64,000 nucleotides of DNA from Octopus sinensis (GCF_006345805.1 NC_043008.1:52886001-52950000), one strand, 5' to 3'. Counted from the first letter of the stretch, positions 1 to 13,239 are shown. The notes: generated by a model from the letters alone, not told the origin. Made by a program: numbers and translations.

Positions 1-207
1 GCCGGGCGAAATGCGTAGCCGTATTTTGTCTGCCACTACGTTCTGAGTTCAAATTCAGCCGAGGTCGACTTTGCCTTTCATCCTTTCGGGGTCGATAAAT
101 TAAGTACCAGTTTTGCACTGGGGTCGATGTAATCGACTTAATCCGTTTGTCTGTCCTTGTTTGTCCCCTCTGTGTTTAGCCCCTTGTGGGTAGTAAAAAA
201 ATAGGTA
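1..207 (+). mobile_element. SINE family A copy (5' end cut by window edge)
   Basis: B-box-like GAGTTCAAATTC followed by a body ending AAAATAGGTA. Near-identical copies at 4378-4601 (-), 24878-25821 and 45916-46150. Confidence 0.85.
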
Positions 208-850
208 CCTTCTACTATAGCTATAGTAAAAATCATGTGACTGCAAAGCAATCTTAGTGGGTTTTACGGGAGTTTTTGGGTGGGGTGAGGTTCCTTGTCC
301 AGCACAATCACAAGCCTCTCCTTGGCTCTCCAGGGTAGACCAAATAATCATCTTGAACCAGCTTCATTGGAAGTTTAATCAGTTTGCCAGTAGTAGGCTG
401 GAATGAGAGGGTGTATGATGGTCATGCTTGGGTCTGGCAGTAACTTTCAGATGATGCCAATAAGTAGGCTTCAAGTAAGATCAAGGTATAACAAAGCCAG
501 ATGTCTTATGTGGACAAAGAAATTATTTATTATTTGATTCTAAATTGTGAACATGAGCTCCGGCCACCATAAATAATACAAATATTAAGATAATGATGAT
601 GATGGTGGTGGTGGTAGAGAGAGAGAGAATGAGAAACCAAATGCATGACAAAGATTAAACAAAGCTAGGCATTTAATCTAACACACTACCAATTCTGACA
701 TTCATATTGAAATCAATATGTTTCTTAACAAGAAAGAACCATACTACATCAAATACTTGTCAGATCTACACAAGGTCTCAGAACAGAATCCCCCAACAAT
801 ATTCTATTCTTCAACAACACAAAGAGAATTGCCTAGTAATTCTACCATGG

Positions 851-887
<37 letters not shown>

Positions 888-1014
888 TCTCTCTCATCTT
901 GTAAAGGAATATTAATTGCATTAATCTGACCAGTATGCCGCAAAATGAAATGGTCAGGGGATTAACACCCCCTTTTTATTAACCAATAAAAGTATTGTGT
1001 GTGTGGGTGGGTGT

Positions 1015-1975
1015 GGTGCAGGCATGGCTGTGTGGTTAAAAAGCTCATTTTGCAACAATGTGGTTTCAGGTTCCATCTCACAGTGCAGTACATTGGATAA
1101 GTGTCTTCTACTATAGCCCCAGACTGGTAGATGAATTTGGTAGATAGAAACTGTGTGGAACCAAGTCATTATATCATATTATATATACAAACACAAGCAA
1201 GGGTAGAGCCCCTTCGGTTATGAATGACCATGGCATTGCACCTAGAAAGTTACCCCCTGAGGCACAAGTCCGGGCAAGGTTGTTTTATGGAAGACCAGCA
1301 GCCACCCATGCATACCAGCCTCCCGTCTCCACACCACCGGTGTTATCCAAGGGAAAGGCAACTTATTTCTACAGCTGAATGAACTGCAGCAATGTGAAAT
1401 AAAGTGTCTTGCTCAAGAGCACAACATACATCCTAGTCCAGGAATCGAACTCACTACCTCATGATTGTGAACCCAACAAATATATTATACACACACGTCT
1501 TTGTATTTGTCCCCCACCTCTACTTGACAACCAGTGTGGGTTTGCTTATGTCTGCAACTTAACAGTTAAGCAAAAAGAGACTGATTTGTTTGGCTAAACC
1601 CAACAAGGTGGTGCCCCAGAATGGCTGCAGTCCAATGAGTGAAGCAAGTAAAAGGTAAATGTACAGTCTCCCAGCGCAAAAAGAGACTGATTGCCCTTCT
1701 ACTATATTCCTGGGACAATCAATATCTTGAGAGTGAATTTGGTAGACGGAAACTGTGTGGAAGCCCACACGTGTATGTGCGTGTGTTTGCCCTCCATTTG
1801 ACAACTGGTGTTGGTTTGTTTACGTCCCTGTAACTTAGCACTTTAGCAAAAAGGGATGACAGGATAAGTGTCAAAATTTAAAAAATAAGTACTGGGGTTG
1901 ATTTTTTGTTTTTTAGTAAAAACCCTTCATGGTGATGCCCCAGCATAGCTACAGTCAAATGACTGAAATGAAAGA
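1015..1975 (+). mobile_element. Cluster of degenerate SINE family B pieces and other SINE fragments
   Basis: Diverged matches to the family B head (TGGCTGTGTGG...AAGTGTCTTCTACTATAGCC) and tail (CCCCAGCATRGCTRCAGTC...GACTGAA). Confidence 0.6.
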
Positions 1976-4377
1976 TTTATTATAACCGACACTCATAACA
2001 GAAAATCACTTGGTATCAGGTACTATGATTTTGCTAAGTTTTCTAAGAGGCCATGCAGTGACAAAGAGATCCTTGTTAACCCTGACACTCTCAACCCTGG
2101 AGAACATACGGTACGTAAAATATGGAAGCAGAGAGAGATATACAAGAAGAGGGCTGGTACTTTATTCACTGACCCTGAAAGGACCGAAATGCAAAATTGA
2201 CCTTGTGGGATGAGAACTCAAAACTGTAGAGAGCTAGAACAAATATCACAAAACATGGTATCTGTTGCACTACTGACTCTACTGATCAAGCACCTTATAC
2301 ACCACCGTGTGCATGTGTGTGTTAACCCAAGAAAGAAGTAATGAAAGTTGTTTCTGAAGAGGTTGAACCCCGTTAAAGAGATGGAAACGGTTAGCAGCAA
2401 GTGTAGAGAGACAATGCTGCAGAAGACCCATCCAACCCATGCAAGCATGGAAAAAAAGGACGTAAAATGATGATGATGTATATATGTTCACATGTATGCA
2501 TGAATGCTTGTACATATGTCATTGATTATGGTGCAGCCTTTTATAATGTACTGTAGACTGACATGCCATGGTGCAGCACAATGTTAGCTAACTAATCGCA
2601 CGACCCTGTTCCAATTCTCAGTTGGAACACGTTCATTTTCACTGCATTTCCTTACTTTTCCAATTTCCAATATAATTTCTTATGGTGCAATGCGTATGTA
2701 AAAATAAAAATAAATTAAAAATAAAATCGAATTATATATAGTTTTTTCCCCCCTTTCTTTTCTCCAAACTACCAAACCATGGCGCTTAATATGCACGAAT
2801 GTTTGAAGAATAGGAATGCCAATACGTATGTCTACAACCCTTCCTGTAAATCTAAAGTGAATAAATACACTATACACATAACGATGACTGAAGGATATTC
2901 AATCATATTGAACATTTTTGCTTGTTACTTAAGATTGGACAAATTCAACGCCAATATTGATTTCTTTACACTAAGCAACAAAGCAAATATTTCAGGAGAG
3001 AGAGATGTTGGGTTATAGTCAAATGAAATCGACACTAATTATAAATATTGATTTCTAACGCAGGCGCATGGTTTCAAATTTGGGGAGGGGTTATGGTCGA
3101 TCAGATCGACTCCTGGTACCCAAACGCACTTATTTTATCGAACACGGAAGGATGAATGACAAATATTGACCTCGGCGGAATTTGAACTGAAGACCTATAA
3201 GATCATAATTAAATACCGCAAGACACATTTTATCCGACACTTCTAGCGATTTTCTACCAATAAAATAAATACGACAGGAGGCTTGAATGTCAAAAGTAAA
3301 TGGAGAGTGAAGAGAAATTGTGCAAATCAGAAATAATCAATTCCTAGTGTCTATTTTTGATTGGTATGTAAATATTGAATACCAAACAATATAGGTAAAC
3401 AGACGAATATAACAACAGTCATGTATTAGATTTTGTTTACTCCATTCAAAATGTTATGCGATTATAGAGTATTTGGAGAGGGAGAAGGTTATACGTATAC
3501 AGACGTACATAATATACACGCACATATTATATTACAACGGAGGAGCCCCTACACGGTCACTCGATCAGCTAGAAAAAGCAACCAAATCTCCTTCAAATTA
3601 CACCCTATCGTATTATAAAGATGGGCTGCTCACGGTTAAATGCATTTCGGTTTTATAAGTTTATTCAATCAGTGCTGTCGCTAATAAGAAACCGAACAGA
3701 CAAAACACACAAACATGTGCGTGCGCGCATGCCATGAGATAAGGAGGGAACTTCTTTATCGCTCAGTTTATTAGAAATGTCCTCTCAAATTACTTCCTAC
3801 TTTCCTTGAAAGAGAAAGTATAGATTGGATAACGCAGTCCACTGCTTGAATAAAAAGAGATTGTCACAGTCGAAATAGCTTTTATCATAGGACCTGCTCG
3901 ACTAATGCTGATTTAGACTAAACATTCACTGTACGAACACGTTAACACACACAAGACTCAATTAAAATAAGAATGATAGTAATTTTAAGTTATATGCGAT
4001 TAAAGGAGCATATGAAACATGTCCGAATACACGAGGGAATATACATGTGCCTTTTGTTGCATCGATGCAACGCAAGATTGCAAGTATACGAGCAATATGT
4101 CCCATACAGATATCTAACCATGTATATCTAATTGTAAGGAGCTAACGCGGGAACCTCATCAGTCACTGAAAAGGCTGGAAATAGTTACCAAATCCCAATC
4201 TACCGTCTTCAGAGAGACGCATTCCATATTATACTACCAGGTTTGCAATGTCCAACGGAAGAACGAGATGGCCATTGCTAGAAACGCTTTTGACCATAGG
4301 CCTACTCAGTCGGATTTGACCTAGGGTTAAACGACAACGCCCATTTTGAATACGGTCCTAAACGTTGAACTCATTAT

Positions 4378-4601
4378 CTATTTCTTTACTACCCACAAGG
4401 GGCTAAACACAGAGAGGACAAACAAGGACAGACAAACGGATTAAGTCGATTATATCGACCCCAGTGCGTAACTGGTACTTATTTAATCGACCCCGAGAGG
4501 ATGAAAGGCAAAGTCGACCTCGGCGGAATTTGAACTCAGAACGTAGCGGCAGACGAAATACGGCTACGCATTTCGCCCGGCGTGCTAACGTCTCTGCCAG
4601 C
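4378..4601 (-). mobile_element. SINE family A copy
   Basis: Reverse complement matches 1-207 at roughly 93-95% by eye and includes TGGCAGA (A-box-like) and GAGTTCAAATTCC (B box). Confidence 0.9.
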
Positions 4602-5257
4602 ATTTGCAAGAAGTAGATGCATATGACATCTGCTAGAAACAGTAGCCACAGACACCTCAAATAACAACCCACGGTCAGAAATTAAAGGAGGGATGGTCAT
4701 AGATGGAAGATCTTTGGTCACAGATATGCTCAGTCACGGTGACCTGGGCTTAAACTGCAACATATACATGACAATATTATATATCTATGCATTGTCATAT
4801 AACTATATACGCTTCCACGTATTACATATGCTTTAGGCACCACAAATATACTTACAGATGCACCCATCCATGCATGCATCAAACGCAAGCCTATTAGCAC
4901 GTATGCATCATACACATGCAAACACTTAGCATCTTCTGAGCAGCAGATTTGCATATGCAATTCACCCATCCCAAACAGACATGCATTATTAGCTGCATCT
5001 CCACCCAAAAGCAGATATTATTATTATTATTACCCGATGTCTTTGCCAACCCTTCGTGGTTAATAAGGGAAACGTTATATTTTACTACTACAACTGCTGT
5101 TACTACTACCACTACTACTACTAGTAATAGTAGTAGAGTTATATTAGTAACCCCCAAAGGCCTAGAGTTTAGTACCAAAACACCTGTTTGACAAGTGCCT
5201 TGTCACGAAACCCTAAGCTTTTGAGTCACTTCCGTAACTGCACATCAAATACATACA

Positions 5258-5305
<48 letters not shown>

Positions 5306-5892
5306 CATACATCTGTGTGTGTGTGTGTGTGTGTGTGCGTATTTTAGGTTCGATTGGATAGACGTGAAGCACATAGATAGAGGAGGTCGTTAATGAGGAG
5401 TAGGAATAGTAGTAGTATTGGTGGTGGTGGCGACAGGGTAGAAGCTTTTTGTGTTTGGATGTTGTCACTATAGAGATTCGCTTTAGCAGCAGTGGTCAGA
5501 GAGAGAGAGAGAGAGAGAGAGATAAAGCAAGCAACAGCAGAGCAAGGAAATCTCCCAGATTCAGCAAGAACGACGACAGAGTGACGTTACCAGAATAGTT
5601 CAATTAGTGAAGAATCTATAAATAGATGTTTGCAGCACATTGGCACTGCCGATTGGTGTCGGAATTTCCCGGTGCAGGCGACTTAAGCTTCGAAAACACT
5701 TCCTTGCCAACACTCTTTTTCATTGATTCTGCAACTGGAAACTATTCAGATATAATATCATTCAATCGTTTCCTTCTCTTTCTTTCTGTCTGTCTCTTCC
5801 TCTCGCGTTACTGCAGTATTCCTCCACCGCCACCGCAGTCGTCAGACTTCATTTGATCTGATATATATTACAAAGAGCTTTCAGATGAGGAA

Positions 5893-5951
<59 letters not shown>

Positions 5952-7377
5952 AGAAAGAAAAACGATGCTCTCCGTTAATATGACACACGGGTTACACTTC
6001 ACTTCAAAGAATGGGACAGCTTCTAAGAAAAGAACCACTTCACAAACACTTTCCTCTACTTCTATTTCTAAATAAATTTATCTATATTTGATCAATTGTA
6101 CAACGTCACTACCAACTTCACAAATCATTATTGACAATACTCTCATCTAATTGATTTCCTTTCACTAGGTACGAGACCGATTGCAGCTCTCGTATCTAAA
6201 CAAGAGGTGGTGGTGGTGGTGAGGAGGAGAAATCGATTGCTTCGATGCAGCAATTATTTATACTTCTTTTATCGACCGTCGTCACCGTTCTTCTCTATCG
6301 CAGAGACGAAGTCGACAATAGTAGAATTTGAACTCATGAACAGTTACGAACGAAAACGAAAGCTAATAATGATTCCTTAATCTTTTTTTTCTTTAAGCCA
6401 CAAATTTATAGAAGAAATGAATGCGATCGTGTAATAATATTTACGCTTTTAACAACGTATGTGGAATGAATTAACTGCAACTTAGAAATAATCAAATGGC
6501 AGGGAAATATAATCTTACATTGGAACAAGATAAGGGAGGAAGAGTAAAATAAATGTTTTGAATCGAACTCTATTACATACACGATCCTGGGCGTATGAAG
6601 AATAAAGACGATCTACCCCGTAGATGCTTATAAGTCATTTAATCCGGCGCTGTAACATTTCTGCTAAAGCATACAGTATCTCTGCGGAATGGTTCTTAAA
6701 TATTATTGGAAATAACTTATGAATGAATTAAACGTTAAGACTTCCAGTGCAAAATGTCATTAGATATTATTAAGCATCACTGAGATAGATAATGTCTGTT
6801 GCTTTCTTTTTTTTTTATTATTAAGTTTCATATTACTTGATTACCAATTAACTGTCGGATTCCAAAAGTAATGCCCAATTATGGAATAGCTATGGAGTTA
6901 TGTAAAATTAATGAATTAACGTCTCATTATTAATGCAATTAATATTCAACTTGTGCAGGATACTGTATAAACCAGTGCTAGCGAAATCCAATCTAATCGT
7001 TGTGATCATCTACAACTGGTCTCATCAGGGAGAGTAAAAAGAAACGAATACTTGAAGTAAATCAATATCATCTACATATATTCAACAAATTAACACACCG
7101 ATATAAATCCCTGAATAATTGAAGATAGCACTAAAACCATGTGTGTGGGTGGGAAAAAGAGAGAGAAAAACAGGTATGTATGAAGAGAGACTTAAAAGAG
7201 AGACTTAGCTAAAATTTAGCCCTAAGTCAGTGCTGAGAGGGGAAAATCATCTACGATCAAAAACATTCCAGTTACGACCATCTAGTCTTTTCTAAATATC
7301 AGGGTCTACATCGCCTCTAATATGTCCTTCCTTTATTCATAAGGTAGTGTCTTAAAGGAGAAGACTCCTTCAGTTAG

Positions 7378-7437
7378 TAGGTAGACAGATAGGTAGGTAG
7401 ACAGATAGGTAGGTAGGTAGGTAGATAGGTAGGTAGG

Positions 7438-7528
<91 letters not shown>

Positions 7529-7552
7529 GTAGGTAGGTAGGTAGGTAGGTAG
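7378..7552. repeat. Compound (TAGG)n/(TAGA)n microsatellite
   Basis: Directly visible; explains the YLSI-repeat ORFs. Confidence 0.95.
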
Positions 7553-9186
7553 CACACAAATGAAGAAATGAGATAAAACTCTGAAGAAGCAAGCAAAGCG
7601 AAGTAGCAAGCAGATCTCAAGACTTCATTTAATTTTAACGCAGAGCCATATTAGGATATTAACAAGATAGCTGTGATAAAACTGGATTTACGTGAAATAA
7701 ACTTTTAATCCAAACTGGATTACGACCAACCGATGCCCTAAGTACCTAGCCCTTTTATTGTGTAACTGTCAAAACGTAAAGTTGCACAATTTGAAATATT
7801 TAAAATTTCTCCCAAGCCAAGCAGAGCCCGCAACTATATTAAATATAACCGATTATTTATTTTTTTTTAGTAAGCAATAAAAGTGAATTATTTACAACAA
7901 GGGTAAGAAGGGGAAAATTTCACGTTTTCAACAACTATTCAGTTTTTTAAACTGTTGTAATTTACCATTTTTATCCAGGTAAATTCGACGCCGAAAAAAA
8001 ATTTGAAGGTACCCTCTTGATTTAGTGCCCAAAATACGCGCTTCTTTTATTTATCACACAAACCAGTCCTCATTCTATTATAAAAAAAAAAACAATCCAA
8101 AAACCAACAATGTCCAGACGACAAAGTGAAAATGTCTTAAGATTTGAGGTGATGTAATTCGAGCAAGGTTAAATTACATATAAATGGAGACATGTATTGT
8201 AGACCGTCAAGAAAAAGAAGGGCCTGTTGATATTTTCTGTCATATTTGAAAACAGGTGAACATGCGTGTGTGTGTGTGTGGTGGTGGTGGTGAATCTCGG
8301 TCTTTCGACGACGATGAAGATTCAGTTGTTCGATCTACTTAATTACCTTCTCCTGAAATAATGTCTAAGTGATTGGACATTCCGCAGACACGTGTACCCT
8401 TAACGTAATTCCTGGGGAGAAACGGCGTGCAAAAACGGCACCTTTAGAATTACAATTTCCGCCTTCCTGATTTCACTCACAAAGGTATGAGACAACGCAG
8501 GGCTAAAGAAAATGACATTTGCCCAAGATGCCAAACAGTGAGATTGAACCTGAGCTATCGTTGTTACGAAGAGAATCTCCTAACCACACGAACGCGCGCA
8601 CACATATATAATCCTTCACACATATATAATCCTAATGCATGTCAGTTAGATGATTAGCGGTCTTTTGAATGAATATTTGTTTTACTTTATTTATTTATTT
8701 AATCAAAATATTAATTTTAATCAATAGTACCAGAAAACGTAGTAGAATAAAGTTTAAACACCTGTGTATAAGTGATTATAAATATTTGAAACAAAACCAC
8801 GAACTAAATAAATATCTGTCACCAACCGAACATGTCAAGCACCTGTTGAAAGTAAAATAGGTGAACGCATTTTTTGTTTAGTGTTGGTGGGAATATCGAA
8901 CAACACCGGGGCAACAAAATGAGAATTATGGCAAAGAAACAAACTAAAGGAATAGAAGAAATGTAGCTAAGATACAAATGAATTATATAAAACACCTGAA
9001 GAATCGGTCTAAAGCAACTAAGATGAGAAAGAGCAACAGAAACATGGCGTAATAGCAGTTAAAGAAACGAAAGAATAGCGTAGTTAGTTATCGAAATATA
9101 AAGAGATCTTTACTTTACATCGACAAAAATTATAAAACTTCTATGCCCAGCGGGAATCGATTAGGATATGCATATCAAAGCCATTG

Positions 9187-9326
9187 ATAGAGAGATAATC
9201 AATAGCTTTGGGGACTAAATGCTTGGAAATAGATTTTTCTTCCCGTAAACTAACTTCGGTGAATTTCTTTAGGGAAAATTTAAAGCCTATCTAATCAAAT
9301 TTATCGTACAATCGGTTTTCTGATTG

Positions 9327-9371
<45 letters not shown>

Positions 9372-9553
9372 ATATATATATAGGCGCTTGTTGCGCGAAA
9401 TCTCAGGTTATCAGAAGTGGCGGGGGACGATAGTACTATAAATAATTAGATAAGCTTTAGATTTACTTTAAAGAAATTCGCCGAAGTTAGTTTACGGGAA
9501 GAAAAATTTATTCCTAAACATATATTCCCCAACACAATTAATTATCTGTCTAT
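9187..9553. mobile_element. Fold-back / MITE-like element with ~127 bp inverted arms and an internal (TA)n
   Basis: Arms 9187-9314 and 9428-9553, including a perfect 26 bp inverted match TTTTTCTTCCCGTAAACTAACTTCGG. No clear TSD. Confidence 0.75.
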
Positions 9554-10207
9554 TTAATTAACGACTCTATCGTGTTGTTAACTCATGATCGACTACATCC
9601 ATTTTCTAGGAAAAAATTAACCCTTATACACTAACTACTAGGAAGCTCTTTCAACTGTTTCTTCACTAGCTTTCGCGTTCACACACTCCACGTACATAGA
9701 ACAAATGTGGTCGCTTGGTCTGCAAAAAAATTGCAGCCAAATTTCCCATAAATCACACCCTTATATTCTTAACAACAACAAAAAAAAGTAACTAAGACTA
9801 CATTAGATAATGCAATATCAGATACACGATGCCCGAATAACAAAAGCAGTGATAATAATAATAATAATAATGGGAAGGTCGTTGCTGGAACCTTATATCA
9901 TAGGTTGGCACGATCAAGGCTGACCTGAGGATAAGCAACACGTACACACAGACTGAAGAGAATAGACAAATAGAAATCTGGCCGATAAGAAATCAACCAC
10001 AGAAAGAGACATTGGTGAGACTTCTAAAAATAGGAAAACGCCAACAGAACAATTTTCTATTTAAATGCGGCGAGGTGAATTCTATCAGGATATTAAATGA
10101 CAAACCGTGATATATATATATATAGAAATATAAAGGGCACTCCTTTGCAAAAATCGTTGAATGGGTTTCTCCATTATTATAAAGGGAGATGTAAGGAAAA
10201 TATGAAT

Positions 10208-10264
<57 letters not shown>

Positions 10265-10372
10265 GAGGTCTTGGGCCAACAGATTTTTGGGATCTGACGA
10301 TACGCCATAAAGCTAAACCCTTTACGGACGGGAAACCCAAGGTAATATCATAAACGGGCTTTCCCCAATATA

Positions 10373-10431
<59 letters not shown>

Positions 10432-10797
10432 CTGTGTATGTGTATTCTTCACTATATTATAATGAATTAATAATGTATATGCGTTAGTTTATCGGGGTTT
10501 GACAAGAGGTAAATAAATAATAAATGAGAAAGAATAGCAGAAATTGAGAGCTTTGGTATCAAAGAAGGTGGGACCGTAAGAAGAATTCAACAAGCTACGC
10601 GTGTGTGCGCTCGCACAGTTCTACTAAACGTAAAATCAGCAGCCACACCTGAAGATGCGAACGAAAACCAACCCATCTAAAATCCCCCGCAACAGATTTC
10701 ATCTCTAGACAGTAACAATAACCATTTTAAGAACCAAGAATATATATATATGTTACCTTTTTTTTTCTTTTTCTTTAATAGAATATAAAGAACTTAC

Positions 10798-10896
10798 CTT
10801 AAAATTTAGTTGGATAGGTTCGGAATCATCCAAGAACCTTATAGTGCACTGGTATTCCATCTCCAGGTCGGATTTGCTTGACTTTTTCTTAAACAT
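10798..10896 (-). CDS. FRMD5: First coding exon of a FRMD5/FRMD3-like FERM-domain protein; gene continues leftward out of the window
   Basis: 99 nt exon encoding MFKKKSSKSDLEMEYQCTIRFLDDSEPIQLNFK, followed by a phase-0 donor AAG|GTAAGT. Resembles the vertebrate FRMD5 N-terminus (EREYSCTVRLLDDSEY) as I recall it, where the first intron is at the equivalent position. Start context GCCAAG-ATG. Too short for the ORF track. Confidence 0.85.
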
Positions 10897-11415
10897 CTTG
10901 GCAAATTAATTATTTTCCTTGTCGCTTCTTCAACTATATCAGTTTGTACAGCTGTTGATATTTATTAGAGACACATGTGTTTGTGAGAAAAGAAAAGAAA
11001 AAAGAAGCGAAAAAACACTTTCTTTTTCTTTCTTTTAATTATCTCTCAAGAATATATGCGTGTATATTCATAAATAGCTATATATATCTATATATAGCTT
11101 CTTCCTGTTTCCTTTTTATTTATTTATATTGTTGACGGGGGTGCACTAATTAAAGCCGCTAGACCGGCATGACAATTAAAAAGCACATATACAACAGATT
11201 GCGATAAATCATAAAGCAAGACACGTCTAATGTTAGTTTGTCAACTCGAATAGAAGCAGCAAAGGAAGCTTTTGTGCTTAGTTGTGCCGTGGTGCTGTGC
11301 TTAGCCGCTTACTGTCACCATCCAGCAACTACCTTTCTTGTTATCACATGATGACTGTAGTAGCAACTGGCTGCTTTGCCTGTCTGCCTTATCGCCTGCT
11401 GCTAGTGCGCTTCGT

Positions 11416-11429
11416 AAATGACGTCATTT
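11416..11429. promoter_or_regulatory. CRE (CREB/ATF) palindrome in the putative FRMD5-like promoter
   Basis: TGACGTCA at 11419-11426 inside a 14 bp palindrome AAATGACGTCATTT, next to a (CT)n GAGA-type run, about 520 bp upstream of the ATG in unique sequence. Confidence 0.55.
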
Positions 11430-12138
11430 CCTCTCTCTCGCTATACCAGACCGGGTAAAGCACCGACTTATATTCTGCTCCTATAATAAATCCTGTCACC
11501 TTAAAATAAAACTGATGTCTGCATTACTCTATATAATATTTCGAGCACGTTTATTTATGATAATCATATAACTTTTCATTGTTATTAATGGCTCACTTAC
11601 GAGGAAAAAGAACGCTTGATCACTTTAAAACTTCCTTCTGCTTTTGAACTAAACCGGGTTATAGCAACGTCTTCATCAATATCTAATCTTTCCATCATCT
11701 CATTTCGAATATTCTGCAAGATATATTTCTTCTACCAATGCCTAAAACAGCATTTCCCAATTTTTTTATCATTGGAAAACTCTTGAAAACAATTCCATGA
11801 CTCATGGAGCTCCTACATAAATATCAATACGTTTTTATTAATCTTTTTCTCTCTTTCATTAAGTTACATAGGAGATTAAAGGGCTCATAAAACTGTCTTT
11901 GAAAGCTCTGGCAGTGCCAGAGTCATCAAATTTTACAAAAAGGGTTTAAGAAATTATTTTAACCAAGACCTTGTTACGAACAAATTCCCTTGCAATTCCT
12001 TATTAAGAGGTCATTTCCTCTAGAGGATTTCCCTGCTATCAACAGATGGCAAGATTTCATTTCCATCAGAAATATGCCATGCATGTATAATTAAAAATTG
12101 CAAATATAGAATTGAACCTAAAAATGCATCTATATATA

Positions 12139-12521
12139 TGGAAGCACTCCGTCGGTTACGACGACGAGGGTTCCGGTTGATCCGAATCAACGGAACAGCC
12201 TGCTCGTGAAATTAACGTGTAAGTGGCTGAGCACTCCACAGACACGTGTACTCTTAACGTAGTTCTCGGGGATATTCAGCGTGACACAGAGAGTGACAAG
12301 GCCGGCCCTTTGAAATACAGGTACAACAGAAACAGGAAGTAAGAGTGAGAGTAAGTTGTGGTGAAAGAGTACAGCAAGGATCACCACCATCCCCTGCCGG
12401 AGCCTTGTGGAGCTTTAGGTGTTTTCGCTCAATAAACACTCACAACGCCCGGTCTGGGAATCGAAACCGCGATCCTATGACCGCGAGTCCACTGCCCTAA
12501 CCACTGGGCCATTGCGCCTCC
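12139..12521 (-). mobile_element. Full-length tRNA-derived SINE family C (tRNA-Arg-like head, possibly one of the octopus OR families)
   Basis: Head GGAGGCGCAATGGCCCAGTGGTTAGGGC...GACTCGCGGTC...GTTTCGATTCCC with A and B boxes; 10 bp TSD ATCTATATAT; near-identical copy at 23082-23471. Confidence 0.9.
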
Positions 12522-12569
12522 AATCTATATATTAGTAGCTTTATTGTTAAAACACTGTTAAATTGTAGT

Positions 12570-12892
12570 TAAGACACCCGTGCCGGTGACACGTAAAAAG
12601 CACCGTCCGAGCGTGGCAGATGCCAGCGCCGCCTGACTGGCGTCCGTGTCAGTGACACGTAAAAGCACCAACCGATTGTGGCCGTTTGCCAGCCTGCTCT
12701 GGCCCCTGTGCCATTGGCACGTAAAAAAACACCCACTACACTCACGGAGTGGTTGGCATTAGGAAGGGCATCCAGCTGTAGAAACACTGCCAAATCAGGC
12801 TAGAGCCTGGTGCAGCCTCCATGGCTTACCAGACCCCGGTTGAACCGTCCAACCCATGCTAGCATGGAAAACGGACGTTAAATGATGATGAG
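12570..12892 (+). mobile_element. SINE-like family D with internal GTGCC..GGCACGTAAAAAGCACC subrepeats and an (ATG)n tail
   Basis: Core TTAGGAAGGGCATCCAGCTGTAGAAAC and tail CGGACGTTAAATGATGATG shared with copies at 24340, 38140, 39520, 46735, 51750 and 58095. The tail type resembles RTE-clade 3' ends. Confidence 0.8.
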
Positions 12893-13239
12893 TGAACCAA
12901 CAACTCAATGGCATTTTGTCCATCTTTACTACCTTTACATTTTGAGTTCAAATTCTGCCAAGGCCAACTTTGCATTTCATTCTGTCAGGGTCAATGAGAT
13001 GACAGATATCAGTTGAGCACTGGGGTTGATGTGATCAACCAACTCCCCATCTTGCCTCAAAATTTCAGGCCTTGTGCCAACAGAAGAAAGGATTATTCTT
13101 TGTGCAGCCTCTGATGACCTTTTTCAGAACCCTATGACCATTTTAGCAGCATTATGGGACCCCAGATAAATCAATGCACTGGGCCCTAAAGTATTTCTTC
13201 ATTGACAGCAAACTACAACATACATAGATCATAATTGGG

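Noticed and set aside
5626-5856. 76 aa plus-strand ORF in the intronic island
   Set aside because: No recognisable domain; partly built from simple repeats.
6990-7035. CTGATGA-GACCA...TGATC hammerhead-like half on the minus strand
   Set aside because: GAAA core is ACAA, and stems I and III cannot be formed.
12440-12521. tRNA-Arg-like sequence (also at 23390-23471 and 50260-50341)
   Set aside because: SINE head: no acceptor-stem closure, runs into a repeat body and is flanked by TSDs, so not a tRNA gene.
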